DNA of 64,000 nucleotides from a virus, in IMG/VR virus record IMGVR_UViG_3300038678_000291, positions 19,018 through 83,017 of that record. The stretch is one strand, 5' to 3'. The notes beneath the pieces were generated by a model, which saw nothing but the letters and a program-made list of their open reading frames with translations, did not search any database and was not told where the DNA came from. Below, in pieces: positions 48,895-59,542 of the stretch (position 1 is its first letter; each line of letters starts with the position of its first letter). Both the position numbers and the translations under genes were made by a program.

Positions 48895-49167
48895 GTGAAT
48901 GCCGTGTTACGATTGTGGGAAAAAGTATGGGGGCGATGATTGGATCGAGGCTGTTATTCCAGACTTGATTTGGGAAGTGATCAGTCCAACGAAGGGCAAA
49001 AATCCAGATGGAGGTATTCTTTGTATATCTTGTATGGCATGCCGATTAAAAGAAGCTGGATATACAAAAGTCCCTGTTTGGCTCTGCGGGACCGAACCCT
49101 TTAGGGCCGTAGAAGGTGATCCATCAGATAATTTGAGTTTATTGAAAACCTACAAACAAAAAACAAT

Positions 49168-50112
49168 ATGAACATAACTTATATTTACCACGAATACCGA
49201 AATCGCCGTAAGCGATATGCCGATGAGATGACTAAGCTGGGGCATAAAGTGTCTTTGCTCCCCGTGGCGAACAAGAAAGCTCCCGGCCTGATTACCTGCC
49301 AGCAGATTAAGGATACTAAACCTGACCTCCTTTTCCTGCTCAGTCCATTCTATATCGCCAACAAGGTAATCACTGATGAGGCTATTGCCTGGGCCAAGAA
49401 CAGGGGCACCCCCATTGTCTGTTATTCAACCCTCAACACCCAGGTACCGTTTACGGAAATGAATGCGACATGGAAAGCCTTTGATATATTCTTTGCTCAG
49501 CAGAGGCAATTGACAACACACCTGAAATCAATAGGAGTGAATGCTCACTATATGCCGCTTGGCTTTTATCCCGATCAGTATCCGCCGAGGAGGGGAGCAA
49601 AGACCCTGCCTATATCGTTTATGGGCAACCCTCAGACTACAGTCAATGGTAGCGACAAGCGAGTTGAGTATGTGAAGACACTAGCAGGACGTGGCATTAA
49701 AGTATGGGGCAAGGCGTTTAATGGTAAAGGGATTGAGGCTAAAGCATTCAACGGCCACGCAAGGCAATGTGAAGTTTATGCGCAGAGTAAAATCAACTTA
49801 GACTTGCCATTCATAAACTCAGCACACCCGTTTTATGCTAACATGTATCACCTTAAGAACCGCTTCTTTGAGGTACCAGCCACCCAAAATTTTCTGCTTA
49901 CGGCAATGTGCGGGGAGTTCACGGATATATTGGGCGAGGACATGGTGGGCTACTATGATGACAGCCCAGAAGGGTTGCGGACGGCGGTTCATGAATATCT
50001 GGGGAATGATGCCCTGCGTCAGGGGATGGCTACCCGTGCTCATGTCGAGGTAATGGCTAAGCATACTTTTGGGCATAGGTTTAGGGAAATGTTTAGAGTA
50101 TTAGAGGTATAA
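49168..50112 (+). CDS. CgeB-like GT-B glycosyltransferase
   Basis: YAQSKINL, NRFFEVPA..NFLLT, HTF.HRF. Confidence 0.85.
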   Translation: MNITYIYHEYRNRRKRYADEMTKLGHKVSLLPVANKKAPGLITCQQIKDTKPDLLFLLSPFYIANKVITDEAIAWAKNRGTPIVCYSTLNTQVPFTEMNATWKAFDIFFAQQRQLTTHLKSIGVNAHYMPLGFYPDQYPPRRGAKTLPISFMGNPQTTVNGSDKRVEYVKTLAGRGIKVWGKAFNGKGIEAKAFNGHARQCEVYAQSKINLDLPFINSAHPFYANMYHLKNRFFEVPATQNFLLTAMCGEFTDILGEDMVGYYDDSPEGLRTAVHEYLGNDALRQGMATRAHVEVMAKHTFGHRFREMFRVLEV

Positions 50113-50440
50113 GAAATGGAATGGATGATAGAAGATGCAACAATCCCGTTGGCTTCTTTTGGGGCATTTGGACATAAATTTGTTTTCACATTGTTTGAAT
50201 TATATCTTGGCCTTTATGATAATTATGGATTTAGGCTCTTTACCATCGTGGTTCATAGTAAAGAACAATACTATAAGTATACAGGGAGTTTGTTGGGATT
50301 GTCGCTTGATACAACGGGGTCGATTACGGTACGCATCCAGTTTTTGTTTCATCGAATAATTATCAGTAAATTGCAAAAACATAATCCCTTTACTTTCTTC
50401 TATGAGCCGGGCTCATTGTTTTGTAAAAGGTGAACCATTA

Positions 50441-51004
50441 ATGGGGACTGAACGGGGACCGGGATTTTACACTGGTGACAAATACATGAAGCCGGAAATT
50501 TATGCTCGCTATGAGCCAGTATACCGGCAGGCGGTTAGCCTTTTGCCTCCCCCTGGTGTTTGCCCCAGGATTATTGACTTAGGGTGCGGGGTTGGGCATT
50601 TTGCCCGCATGGTAGACGAAGGAGGCTATGCAGGCTATCTGGGCATTGACTTCTCAGAGCAAATGTTAGAGAAGGCCAGAGCGAATGCACCAGGGCTTCA
50701 GTTTGTACAAGGGGATTTATTGGAAAGATCGTCTCAGTGGATTTATAATAATAATGGGATTTTTGTCTTACTCGAAGTATTAGAACACATTAAAGATGAT
50801 TTGGCAGCCCTGGATAATATCTCCTTCGGTAGCCAAGTCATATTTTCAGTACCGAGTTTTGATGCCCGCTCCCATGTGAGGCGTTTTAAGAATACCGGGG
50901 CGGTTATTGCTAGATATGGGCACTTGCTAAGGTTTGATAAAATTGTACAGTTGCCTTGGGGCAAGTCAAACAAGGTGTTTATGTTCAAGTGTGAGCGAAT
51001 ATGA
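50441..51004 (+). CDS. Class I SAM methyltransferase
   Basis: IDLGCGVG, GIDFS..ML, LEVLEHI.DD. Confidence 0.88.
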   Translation: MGTERGPGFYTGDKYMKPEIYARYEPVYRQAVSLLPPPGVCPRIIDLGCGVGHFARMVDEGGYAGYLGIDFSEQMLEKARANAPGLQFVQGDLLERSSQWIYNNNGIFVLLEVLEHIKDDLAALDNISFGSQVIFSVPSFDARSHVRRFKNTGAVIARYGHLLRFDKIVQLPWGKSNKVFMFKCERI

Positions 51005-52014
51005 AAACATTTTGGCTATTTAGAACCAACTTACGGCAGTTTGAATACTACCATCAGTATACCAACCTGGCCGAATTCAAGAAGAAATGCCATGATTTTT
51101 ATCTGTTACAGGGCATCTGGTTTTTAGAGAATGGCATATTTGACGAAGTGGTTATCTGGAGGCTTACACCAAAAGACGTTAGTGAAACAGAGATAGTATT
51201 TGACATTAACGGAAAGAAATTTATACAACGATTTGTGCATAATTTTGATGAATGCTTTTACCACCAGAGCCCAAGTATTACATTTTTTAGGGGGGGGTTC
51301 CCCGAATATGGGAAGCTTACCAAAACGCTACCTGATTATTTTGGGCTAAGCCTCTATTGCGGGACAGGGCAGCGAGTAAGGCCGCGGCACGGCGGGGAAT
51401 ATAGCAAGATACTGGTGGAAGATGACCTGGATTTAGAAAATGGTGATATCCCGTTTTACAAGACGGCTAATCAGCAAATATTTAGACCGATAAAGGCAGA
51501 ACAGCAATATGACATCTGCTGGCCTTGCAATTTCAGCCAGATTAACTGCAAGGGCCAGCAGTTCTTTATCGACGAAGTAGGGAAATCAGCATATTTGAAG
51601 CAGCTTAAAATTTTACATGTGGGTAATAAGCCGGAGATGGGCAGGAAGCTATGTAAACAGTGCAGGGTATCAAACATTGAATTCGCAGGGTATGTTTCCA
51701 GACCAGAATTAAACACCCTGTTAAATCAGAGCAAGCTAGGTTTGATCACTTCAAACCAACTTGATGGTAGCCCCCGAATACTCACTGAGATAATGGCATC
51801 GGGAATTCCGCTGTTAATCAATGGTTGGACAAGGAGACTGAAGTATTACCATAGCGGGGCTGTTGTGGGGTTCCCTCAAGGCGGCATAGAGGCTAGAACA
51901 GCAGAAGCAATGAGAAACTATGCACGGCTAAAGCGAAGGGCACTGGCGGGCTTAGAATGCCTCTCAATGGATACTATTTGCAAACTGAACCTAAGCCAGT
52001 GGGGGTTAGCGTGA
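51001..52014 (+). CDS. GT4-like glycosyltransferase
   Basis: KGQ, NIEFAGYV, DGSPRILTEIMASGIP. Confidence 0.8.
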   Translation: MKTFWLFRTNLRQFEYYHQYTNLAEFKKKCHDFYLLQGIWFLENGIFDEVVIWRLTPKDVSETEIVFDINGKKFIQRFVHNFDECFYHQSPSITFFRGGFPEYGKLTKTLPDYFGLSLYCGTGQRVRPRHGGEYSKILVEDDLDLENGDIPFYKTANQQIFRPIKAEQQYDICWPCNFSQINCKGQQFFIDEVGKSAYLKQLKILHVGNKPEMGRKLCKQCRVSNIEFAGYVSRPELNTLLNQSKLGLITSNQLDGSPRILTEIMASGIPLLINGWTRRLKYYHSGAVVGFPQGGIEARTAEAMRNYARLKRRALAGLECLSMDTICKLNLSQWGLA

Positions 52015-52967
52015 AAGGCTCAAAAGTAGCAGTCTACTTCTGCAACGGCATAGGCAACCTCCTTATGATGACACCGGCAATCCAAGCCCTGAGCAAGTTA
52101 TACGGTGATTCCAAGGTGGATATTGTAATGCCTTCTGAGTGGAACGATTACCGTGCTCCGATTATAAAGGACATTCTTAACCGCTGGGGATTAATTGGCA
52201 AGGTGATAAGCTTTCCGGTGGATAAATTCTATCCCAAAAGTTACAAACTATTATTCACCACGGCCCATTGTGAGCCTTCACAGGCTGCCAGTCTGTTCCA
52301 GCAAAAAGGGAATAAGTTTGGGAAAGCTGACTGGCTAACCGATTATCCGCATGAGATTGAATACTACATGTCCGAGGTTTATGGGCTTGGTTATAAAGGG
52401 TTGACCCCACCCATCGTAGCACCAATGGCAGAGCAGCCCACATTACAGGGCGATAAGCCCAAGATAGCTTTTTATAATGGGGCGGCCAGCCTATCAAAAC
52501 GATACAGGTGGGAACGAAAGAGATGGGATAGATTTGGGGAATTGGCAGAGGAACTGCACAGCTACCATGGGGCGGACATTGTTTTTCTTGGAGGAAAGTC
52601 TGAGCAAAAAGAGGGGAAAAGGTTAGCCGGTAAGTTCGAATTTGTTACTAACTATGCCGGTAATCTGTCTTTCATGGAGTCTGTCAAGGCGCTAAGCCAA
52701 TGCAAGCTAATGATAAGCACGGATTCAGCATTGATGCACGCAGCCGGGGCCGTAGATGTTCCGGTGGTAGCTTTATTCGGAGCAACCATGGTGAGCAAAA
52801 ACCGCCCCTACTCCGGCAAGCATGCCATAGTGAGAGGTAAATGTGCTTATGCCCCCTGTCAGTACAGGAGTCAATTTTACACATGCAAGGATTTTAAATG
52901 CATGGATAGTATTTCAGTTGGGCAGGTAATGCAAGCTGTGAGAGAAATGGGGGTGCAACGACAATGA
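52011..52967 (+). CDS. GT9 (heptosyltransferase-like) glycosyltransferase
   Basis: GIGNLLM.TPAI.AL, KRW..F.ELA, ISTDSALMHAAGAVDVPVVALFG.T, C.PC...C..F.CM. Confidence 0.9.
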   Translation: MKGSKVAVYFCNGIGNLLMMTPAIQALSKLYGDSKVDIVMPSEWNDYRAPIIKDILNRWGLIGKVISFPVDKFYPKSYKLLFTTAHCEPSQAASLFQQKGNKFGKADWLTDYPHEIEYYMSEVYGLGYKGLTPPIVAPMAEQPTLQGDKPKIAFYNGAASLSKRYRWERKRWDRFGELAEELHSYHGADIVFLGGKSEQKEGKRLAGKFEFVTNYAGNLSFMESVKALSQCKLMISTDSALMHAAGAVDVPVVALFGATMVSKNRPYSGKHAIVRGKCAYAPCQYRSQFYTCKDFKCMDSISVGQVMQAVREMGVQRQ

Positions 52968-53198
52968 ACTTCTTGCTGTATTGGGGAATAACAGCTATAA
53001 GTGTAATCCTTGTGGTGTTTTGGTTCTGGGGTGGTGTTGGTATTCTTTGTATTGATCGAAATCGTTCAGGTGATCGAGGATTAATGAAAATAATAGTAAA
53101 AATGATTGTGAAATACAGGGTTTTGGTGTTTTTTGTCCATATAACATTGTGGCCTTCTTTGCTTATGTACGTAAGCAAATAATTCAAGGGGTATTTTA

Positions 53199-53846
53199 AT
53201 GGCAACCGACATAATGGTAGTTAGAGATTATGAACTAACAACCAAAACAGCCCTACAGAATTACCTGGGCATCAATGATGACACCCCAGAGCTATTTGTG
53301 GCTATCCGACTCATGAAGGCGGCCACTGATTTTATTGAGGGTCAATTGATAAGCTCGGATATTATGCAAGGGGGATATTGCTCCCGCCGATTTAAAGCCA
53401 CTGATTATGCCCTGGCGAAATATTCTGGGGAGGGATTTAGGGATTTGCTAATGAGGCAATATCCGATTAATTCCATTACCACGATCATAATTGGCGATAC
53501 AACCGAATTCCCGTCTGGATCAGATACCCTGGCCGACCTGGGATTTTATATTGACGCTGACATTACGGGAAATATTATAAACACCGGGATTTGGCCTACA
53601 GGTGATCCCCAAAACATACAGATTACCTATAATGCGGGTTTTGCTGAGATTCCTTATGATTTAGAAATGGCCGCCATTGGGATGGTAGCTTTGAAATATA
53701 ATATATACAAGGAGCACTCGGAAGGATTCAAATCAGAAAAGAAGGGGCTATATACCTACACCATGGCCGATATTGACAAAGACAATCCCTTCGGCGGCGG
53801 GCTGATTAAGGATATACTGGATCAATTTAGGAAGCCAACATTTTGA
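53199..53846 (+). CDS. Head-tail connector/adaptor (HK97 gp6-like)
   Basis: LTT...L..YLGI, AATDFIE, ITYNAGF..IP.DL..A. Confidence 0.85.
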   Translation: MATDIMVVRDYELTTKTALQNYLGINDDTPELFVAIRLMKAATDFIEGQLISSDIMQGGYCSRRFKATDYALAKYSGEGFRDLLMRQYPINSITTIIIGDTTEFPSGSDTLADLGFYIDADITGNIINTGIWPTGDPQNIQITYNAGFAEIPYDLEMAAIGMVALKYNIYKEHSEGFKSEKKGLYTYTMADIDKDNPFGGGLIKDILDQFRKPTF

Positions 53847-54166
53847 GTTACCCATCATTACTAAACCTAATCTGTGATATACAGGAAGAGACGGTTACTT
53901 ACTCTGATACTGGCTCCCCGTCAACGGCTTGGGCAGACAAGGCGACCAATGAAAAGTGCGGGATACAGCCAGCATCCGGCGGTCTGGTAAGTGCCGAATA
54001 TGCAGAGCGGTATAATATAACCAATGTGGGATTCTTTTTAATCAGTGCGGATATAGTAGCTGGAAATAAGGTGATTGTGGGTGGCACTGAATATATAGTC
54101 AAGCGGGTATTTGATGCTGCTGGCAGGGGGCACCACAAAGAAGTTGGGCTGGAGTTGAAAGCATGA
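53843..54166 (+). CDS. Head closure protein
   Basis: Position; DAAGRGHH.EV C-terminal motif. Confidence 0.75.
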   Translation: MSYPSLLNLICDIQEETVTYSDTGSPSTAWADKATNEKCGIQPASGGLVSAEYAERYNITNVGFFLISADIVAGNKVIVGGTEYIVKRVFDAAGRGHHKEVGLELKA

Positions 54167-54585
54167 ACAAGTACCCGCAGATCAATCCAGATGATTATCA
54201 ACAAGGCTCACCAGAGAGAGTTTTAGCTGAATACCTGGTTGCCTGGCAAAACGAAGATTGGAATAAGATGCTGGGGTCTACTCAGTTAACCTGGCGCAGC
54301 CAGACAAAAGAGGCAACCGAAAGGCTGAAGGCTCAGCATGAATTCATGAAGCTAAAAGGGGCTGAAATGATAAGCGCCAAGACCCCGCCTGGTGTCAATG
54401 GTTCAGTATGTCAGGACATAATTGCCACCATCTTTTATACCGTCCCGGCGGGAGAGAAAAAATTTAGAAAAATGGTTAAGGAAAAGAAAATTAAGGCAAG
54501 GCTTATTCGCGAATCCGCTCCCTTTAAGGCAGATAAAGATGGCGAGTGGGGAGTTAATCCGGTATCGGCATTGAGGACGGCTTAA
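54163..54585 (+). CDS. Hypothetical protein in the neck module
   Basis: Translationally coupled ORF ending GEWGVNPVS. Confidence 0.55.
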   Translation: MNKYPQINPDDYQQGSPERVLAEYLVAWQNEDWNKMLGSTQLTWRSQTKEATERLKAQHEFMKLKGAEMISAKTPPGVNGSVCQDIIATIFYTVPAGEKKFRKMVKEKKIKARLIRESAPFKADKDGEWGVNPVSALRTA

Positions 54586-55064
54586 TGGCTGTAGCAGGCG
54601 GCTTCAGGTCATCGTTTGCGTTGGATACAAGTAGCTTCATGGCTGGTATCCGGAGGGCTAAGGCCGAATATGAGCGGCGGGCAAGGCAAGCTATTAATCT
54701 GGGGGTAATGCTCTTTGAGCGGGAAGTAAAGAAAGAACTCAGTAAACCAGGGACGGGTAGGTTATATAAACGCAGGAGACGAAGGGGAAGGGGGCAGTTT
54801 CACAGGGCATCGGCAGAGGGTCACCCACCGGCTTCAGACATGGGGATACTTAGATCATCCATTACACATTTGGTAGAGCGGGAGCTTTTGGCTTGGGTTG
54901 GGCAGGTAGGAACTGATGCGCCATATGCACGCATACTGGAATTCGGTGGTTATACTGGTAGGGGCGGGGCGACATTCATAGCGGCCAGGCCATTTATCTT
55001 GACCACCTTGGAGCGCATACGACCTCAGTTGCTAATAATCTTTGCGGCAACACTTGGGGGATAA
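54585..55064 (+). CDS. HK97 gp10-like tail/neck protein
   Basis: HRASAEGHPPASDMG.LRSSI, YARILEFG, ARPF. Confidence 0.85.
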   Translation: MAVAGGFRSSFALDTSSFMAGIRRAKAEYERRARQAINLGVMLFEREVKKELSKPGTGRLYKRRRRRGRGQFHRASAEGHPPASDMGILRSSITHLVERELLAWVGQVGTDAPYARILEFGGYTGRGGATFIAARPFILTTLERIRPQLLIIFAATLGG

Positions 55065-55397
55065 TAATGATTTTTATAGAAATTGGCGGGGTTTTGGTAG
55101 TTATCCTTTTGGTTTTAGTGTTTTCTTTGCCGGATGGTGGAGGGACACGCCGGAGTATACGGCCAACAACAAAGCGTCCTGGCCCTACAGCATGGAAGCC
55201 TATGAATGACTGTTTGTAAATATTGTGGTGAGCCCCTGAAAATGGGAATGGTCATTTGCTTGGCTTGTGGCAGACATCAGACCAACAAAGGAATAAGGTT
55301 GGTTAGTGAGTATGTGTACACGGTAAGTAAGTTTAGGGGTGGGCAAATCAAGCACAGCCCAGACAAAAAGGTATTTTATCCTTTCGCCAGGTAGACC

Positions 55398-55826
55398 ATG
55401 AAAGATATTAAAGCCATAATTTATAGCACCATTACCGATGATGCTACATTCAAAACTTTAACGGGGGCGACTGCTAGTGACAAGAGATTATACCGCAATT
55501 TTCCCCCGGAGCAGGTTGATAAGACAAATCCCTGGGTAACAATGTTTACCATCGCAGGGGGGTTATTCGGGCCTGATCAGATTGGCGATGTGCAAGTACC
55601 GGATATTATCCTGACGCTGGATATATGGGGGCTGGATGCTGATGCAGTAGATGATGTATTTGACCAACTCGTGATATTGCTCAACCGGCAGACCTTAACG
55701 GCCACAGGCCATAAGATATTTTATGTGGGACTGGACGGATTCAATGATTTAGTGGAGGTAGAGCCAGACGAAACCATTTACCACAAAAACTGTAGGTTTC
55801 GGCTAAAGGATATAGTGGAAACCTGA
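55398..55826 (+). CDS. Tail terminator/completion protein
   Basis: Position; PWVT, LDIW, YH...RF. Confidence 0.7.
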   Translation: MKDIKAIIYSTITDDATFKTLTGATASDKRLYRNFPPEQVDKTNPWVTMFTIAGGLFGPDQIGDVQVPDIILTLDIWGLDADAVDDVFDQLVILLNRQTLTATGHKIFYVGLDGFNDLVEVEPDETIYHKNCRFRLKDIVET

Positions 55827-55904
55827 GCAGGATAAAACTTAACTAAGCCGGGGAGGGGGTAGCTCCCCCGTGGATTCCCTTATCCCCCTGGTAAGCCAAT
55901 AATG

Positions 55905-55951
55905 AAGGGGTTGTTGGCGGGCATTTTGTGTCCGTTGATGACCCCTTTTTT
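55905..55951 (+). terminator. Long hairpin plus U-tract upstream of the tail tube gene
   Basis: AAGGGGTTGTTGGCGGGCA-ttttg-TGTCCGTTGATGACCCCTT-TTTT, with G-U pairs. Confidence 0.6.
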
Positions 55952-55987
55952 GTTGGATAACAACTTAACCACAAGGAGGAAAGAGAA

Positions 55988-56488
55988 ATGGGACAGATCG
56001 GAAGTGTTGAAAACATAGTTTTTGGACTGTGCAATGTAAGTATTGGCGGAGTCAATCTTGGGTTTTCTAAGGGAGGGACAGAAGCCATAATTACCCAATC
56101 GGTTGTAGAGGCCACCATAGATGATGCTGGCGATGTTCCCGTGGCATTATACGACAAGGGAACAATGATTGAGGTTGTAGTAAACATGGTGGAATATGCG
56201 GACTTAGACAAAATCGCTTTGGCATTTCCAACGGCAACCATAAGGGCTGATCGCATAACATTTGGCAGACAGGCCGGGAGTGTAATCTCCTCCGGGGTGC
56301 TTATCATAGACCCGCTTGATAGCAAAGGGCACAATATTACTATCTACAAGGCTGCTCCTGTAGGTGAGGCAACCCTGGGATATAACAACGATGACCTCAG
56401 AGTGTTTACCGCCAGATTCAAAGGATTATATGACAGCAGCCGCTCGGAAGGTGATCGTGTATTCCGTATTGGCGGACCTAATTCCTAG
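55988..56488 (+). CDS. Major tail tube protein
   Basis: NIVFG...LGFSKGG, ITIYKA; position before the chaperone and tape measure. Confidence 0.8.
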   Translation: MGQIGSVENIVFGLCNVSIGGVNLGFSKGGTEAIITQSVVEATIDDAGDVPVALYDKGTMIEVVVNMVEYADLDKIALAFPTATIRADRITFGRQAGSVISSGVLIIDPLDSKGHNITIYKAAPVGEATLGYNNDDLRVFTARFKGLYDSSRSEGDRVFRIGGPNS

Positions 56489-56496
56489 GGGGGGAT

Positions 56497-57146
56497 ATGA
56501 AGGAAATAAATTATGATGAGGTGCTTTGCGAAGAGGGCTTGACCATAATCCTCAAAGGCAAAAAGTATGAAGTTAAGGCTCCCTCTTTGCTTCAGATATT
56601 TGCTTTTGAGAAAATGACTAACGACTTGGCCAAGCTGAAAACCATGAGCAAAATCGTTTCCCAAATCAAGGGCATTATCCGTACCGTTTTTGATGCCGTG
56701 CCGGATGAGGTATTGGATAATTGTCCCCTTAAAGTGCTCAGGAAAATGCTTGCTGATGTCAAGGAGCTTATCCAGCAAACCATGTTTCCTGGTATGCCCA
56801 AAGAGGGAATAACAGACAAAAAAAAACAGTAGATCGCTATAAAGCGGTCTTTGAGGGCTTTGCAAGGCTAGCCAGGATTTACGGGTGGACACACAACCAA
56901 GTTGGGTCATTAACCGCCAAGCAGTTCTGGGCATATCTTGGGGCGTCTGATGTAATCATGGCTGGAGAGCAACTAAGAGCGATTGAGGCGGTAACTTATC
57001 CCCTAATGAAAGACAGCGACAGGCAAAAGATTTTCTCAAGTTACATGATGATTATTGACCCTAAGCATGAAGAGAAACAGATAGCAGCTTCTATGGCTAA
57101 GCTGGATGCGCTCAAGGGCAAGTTTGGTTACAAAGGAAAAAGGTAA
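56497..57146 (+). CDS. Tail assembly chaperone G (56497-56832) and GT via predicted -1 frameshift
   Basis: A9 slippery run at 56818-26 just before the stop; the -1 frame is open to 57146 and contains IYGWTHNQVGSLT. Confidence 0.8.
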
Positions 57147-59542
57147 TGGCATTTGATGCAGGTAGTCTTGTAGCTAGGCTAAGGCTGGATACCAGGGGCT
57201 TTGTAGCGGGCTTGCGAGGCACCACTGCCCAGTTGGGCCAAGTAGACAGACAGGCTATTAGAACTGACAGTGTCTTTGGCGGTCTGTCCAGGACGGCGGG
57301 CACCCTTGCCCGGACTCTTGGCCCTGCACTGGGGCTGGGGGCCTTGGTGATTGGTTTTAAGAAATCCATTGATGCCGCTGGTGAATTTGAGAAAGAGTTC
57401 GCCAATGTAGCTACCCTGGTTGATACCACAACCGTAAGCATGGATAATCTTAAAGAAGGCATCATGGAAATGAGCGTGGATGTAACCAAAACCACCACCG
57501 ACCTAACCCAGGGGCTATATCAGGTAATCTCTGCTGGCGTGGATAGCGCTGATGCCCTTGAGGTTTTAAGAGTGTCTGCTGTAGCCGCTACTGCTGGCCT
57601 CTCAGATACCCGGACATCGGTGGATGCCATTACCACTGTTTTAAATGCTTATGGTCTGGCGGTAGATCAAGCTACCGATGTTAGTGACCTGATGTTCCAA
57701 ACTGTAAAGTTAGGCAAAACTACTTTTACGGAACTTGCCAGCTCAATCGGTACGGTGATTTCCCCGGCTGCTGCGGTAGGAATTGAGTTAGAGGATTTAT
57801 TTGCAACGATAGCTACCCTCACCAAAGGAGGCATTGAGACCAGAACGGCTACTATGGCTCTGCGTGCTACCTTGATGTCAATTTTAAAACCCACCGATGA
57901 TGCCAGAAAAATGGCTAAAAAGCTTGGACTGGAGTGGTCAGCAAATGCTCTCAAAATCAAAGGATTAATTCCTTTTTTGAATGACATGAAGGAAGCTACT
58001 GGCGGTAACACTGAGATAATGGCCGAGCTTATTCCCGAAACCAGGGCGTTGAATGCAGTGTTAGCCCTAACTGGCTCACAATCTGAAGAGTTGAACAGAA
58101 TATTAGGAGAGATGGGGGAACGGTTAGGCTCAACCCAAGAGGCTTTTGAGAAACAAGAGGATATTTATGAAGCTCAAGCCAAGAAACTGGGAATCCTGGT
58201 TGACAGAATACAGATTAAAATCGGTAATTATTTTTTGCCAGCCCTAACCAGAATGTTGCGGGGCACCCTTGACATATTTGATGAAGTAGAAAACAGGCTG
58301 GCCGCAATAGAGCTAAAGGGATTGACCGCACAGCTAGAAGATAACACAAGAAATATAAAAATGTGGGCATCCGAATTGTCAAAACTGGAAACAGGGGCGG
58401 TTAGTCTTGGTCAAAGATTGCGGGAAGCTTTAACAATTGAAACTCGTGTGGAAGCCATAACTCGCGTAAAAGGCAGCATTAAAGAACTAGCCACTGAGTC
58501 CCAAAACCTGCAAAAACAGATTACAGAAACCATGGATACCTTTAAAACCAAAACCAACGAAGCAACTACTGAAATCAATAAACTAGCTAAAGCCACCGAA
58601 GAAGCTGCTGGAAAAATAAAAACTGGCTGGAAAGAATTGACGGATGACATGAAAGGCTCTCTTGAGGAACTGGGAGTTGTTACCAAGCCATTATTTGACG
58701 AGCAGGCGAATACCGCCCTGGCAGCATTTGAGCAAATCGCCGATCAGCAGGCACTCAACTATGATGATCGAATTAAGCTAACAGAAGCCTTTTTCGCCAA
58801 TTTAACCAGCCTGGCGGAAGGGATTGACCCAAAAACAGCACTGGGATTTGATCCCGAACTAGCCTTGTCAGAGCTTGCGGAGATGCAGGAAGCGGCCATA
58901 AGCGGCTTAACTGAGACTACCAACGCAACAGGAGATTTAATCAAAAAAGCCGGAGATGCCATGAAAACCGAGGGGGATACGATAACCCTAACCCTCAAGG
59001 GCCAGGCTGTTTCTACCCAACAATACATAAAAACCATTTCTGATTCAGTCTCCGAATGGCTTAAGTCTGCTACAACACAAACGGTGTTTGAGATTGATAT
59101 TCGCAAAGCTGCCCTACAGACAGGACTTAATGATATGGCGGTAAGCGTTTCCCATTGGGCAAATGAATATATGGGTTATGAGATGGAAATAACTGGGTTT
59201 ATCACAGGGGAAACAAAAAAAAGAGAGGCTATCGTAAATGCCTCTGTCCAGACAATGATCAATAGTCTGCTTGCATACCAACGGCAACTAGCCACAATTC
59301 GGATGCCTGAAGTTGGGGAAATGCCCAGTGCTCAGCTTGGTATGCCCCGTGTCCCCAGGGACATGCCCGTTTTTGTGCACGAGGGCGAGGCTATAATTCC
59401 CGCCAACCAGAATCTCAACAATGACAACCGTCAAGATAACCGGCAAGTGTCCATCACCATAAATCAGCAGCCAGGAGAAAGTACTTCTGATTTAGTGGAT
59501 TCCTTACAGCAAGCGCTGGAATTACCTGGGGATTATTCCTGA
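57146..59542 (+). CDS. Tape measure protein (TP901 family)
   Basis: GSLVARLRLDT, FEKEFANV, GLYQVISAG, GKTTFTELA. Confidence 0.93.
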   Translation: MAFDAGSLVARLRLDTRGFVAGLRGTTAQLGQVDRQAIRTDSVFGGLSRTAGTLARTLGPALGLGALVIGFKKSIDAAGEFEKEFANVATLVDTTTVSMDNLKEGIMEMSVDVTKTTTDLTQGLYQVISAGVDSADALEVLRVSAVAATAGLSDTRTSVDAITTVLNAYGLAVDQATDVSDLMFQTVKLGKTTFTELASSIGTVISPAAAVGIELEDLFATIATLTKGGIETRTATMALRATLMSILKPTDDARKMAKKLGLEWSANALKIKGLIPFLNDMKEATGGNTEIMAELIPETRALNAVLALTGSQSEELNRILGEMGERLGSTQEAFEKQEDIYEAQAKKLGILVDRIQIKIGNYFLPALTRMLRGTLDIFDEVENRLAAIELKGLTAQLEDNTRNIKMWASELSKLETGAVSLGQRLREALTIETRVEAITRVKGSIKELATESQNLQKQITETMDTFKTKTNEATTEINKLAKATEEAAGKIKTGWKELTDDMKGSLEELGVVTKPLFDEQANTALAAFEQIADQQALNYDDRIKLTEAFFANLTSLAEGIDPKTALGFDPELALSELAEMQEAAISGLTETTNATGDLIKKAGDAMKTEGDTITLTLKGQAVSTQQYIKTISDSVSEWLKSATTQTVFEIDIRKAALQTGLNDMAVSVSHWANEYMGYEMEITGFITGETKKREAIVNASVQTMINSLLAYQRQLATIRMPEVGEMPSAQLGMPRVPRDMPVFVHEGEAIIPANQNLNNDNRQDNRQVSITINQQPGESTSDLVDSLQQALELPGDYS

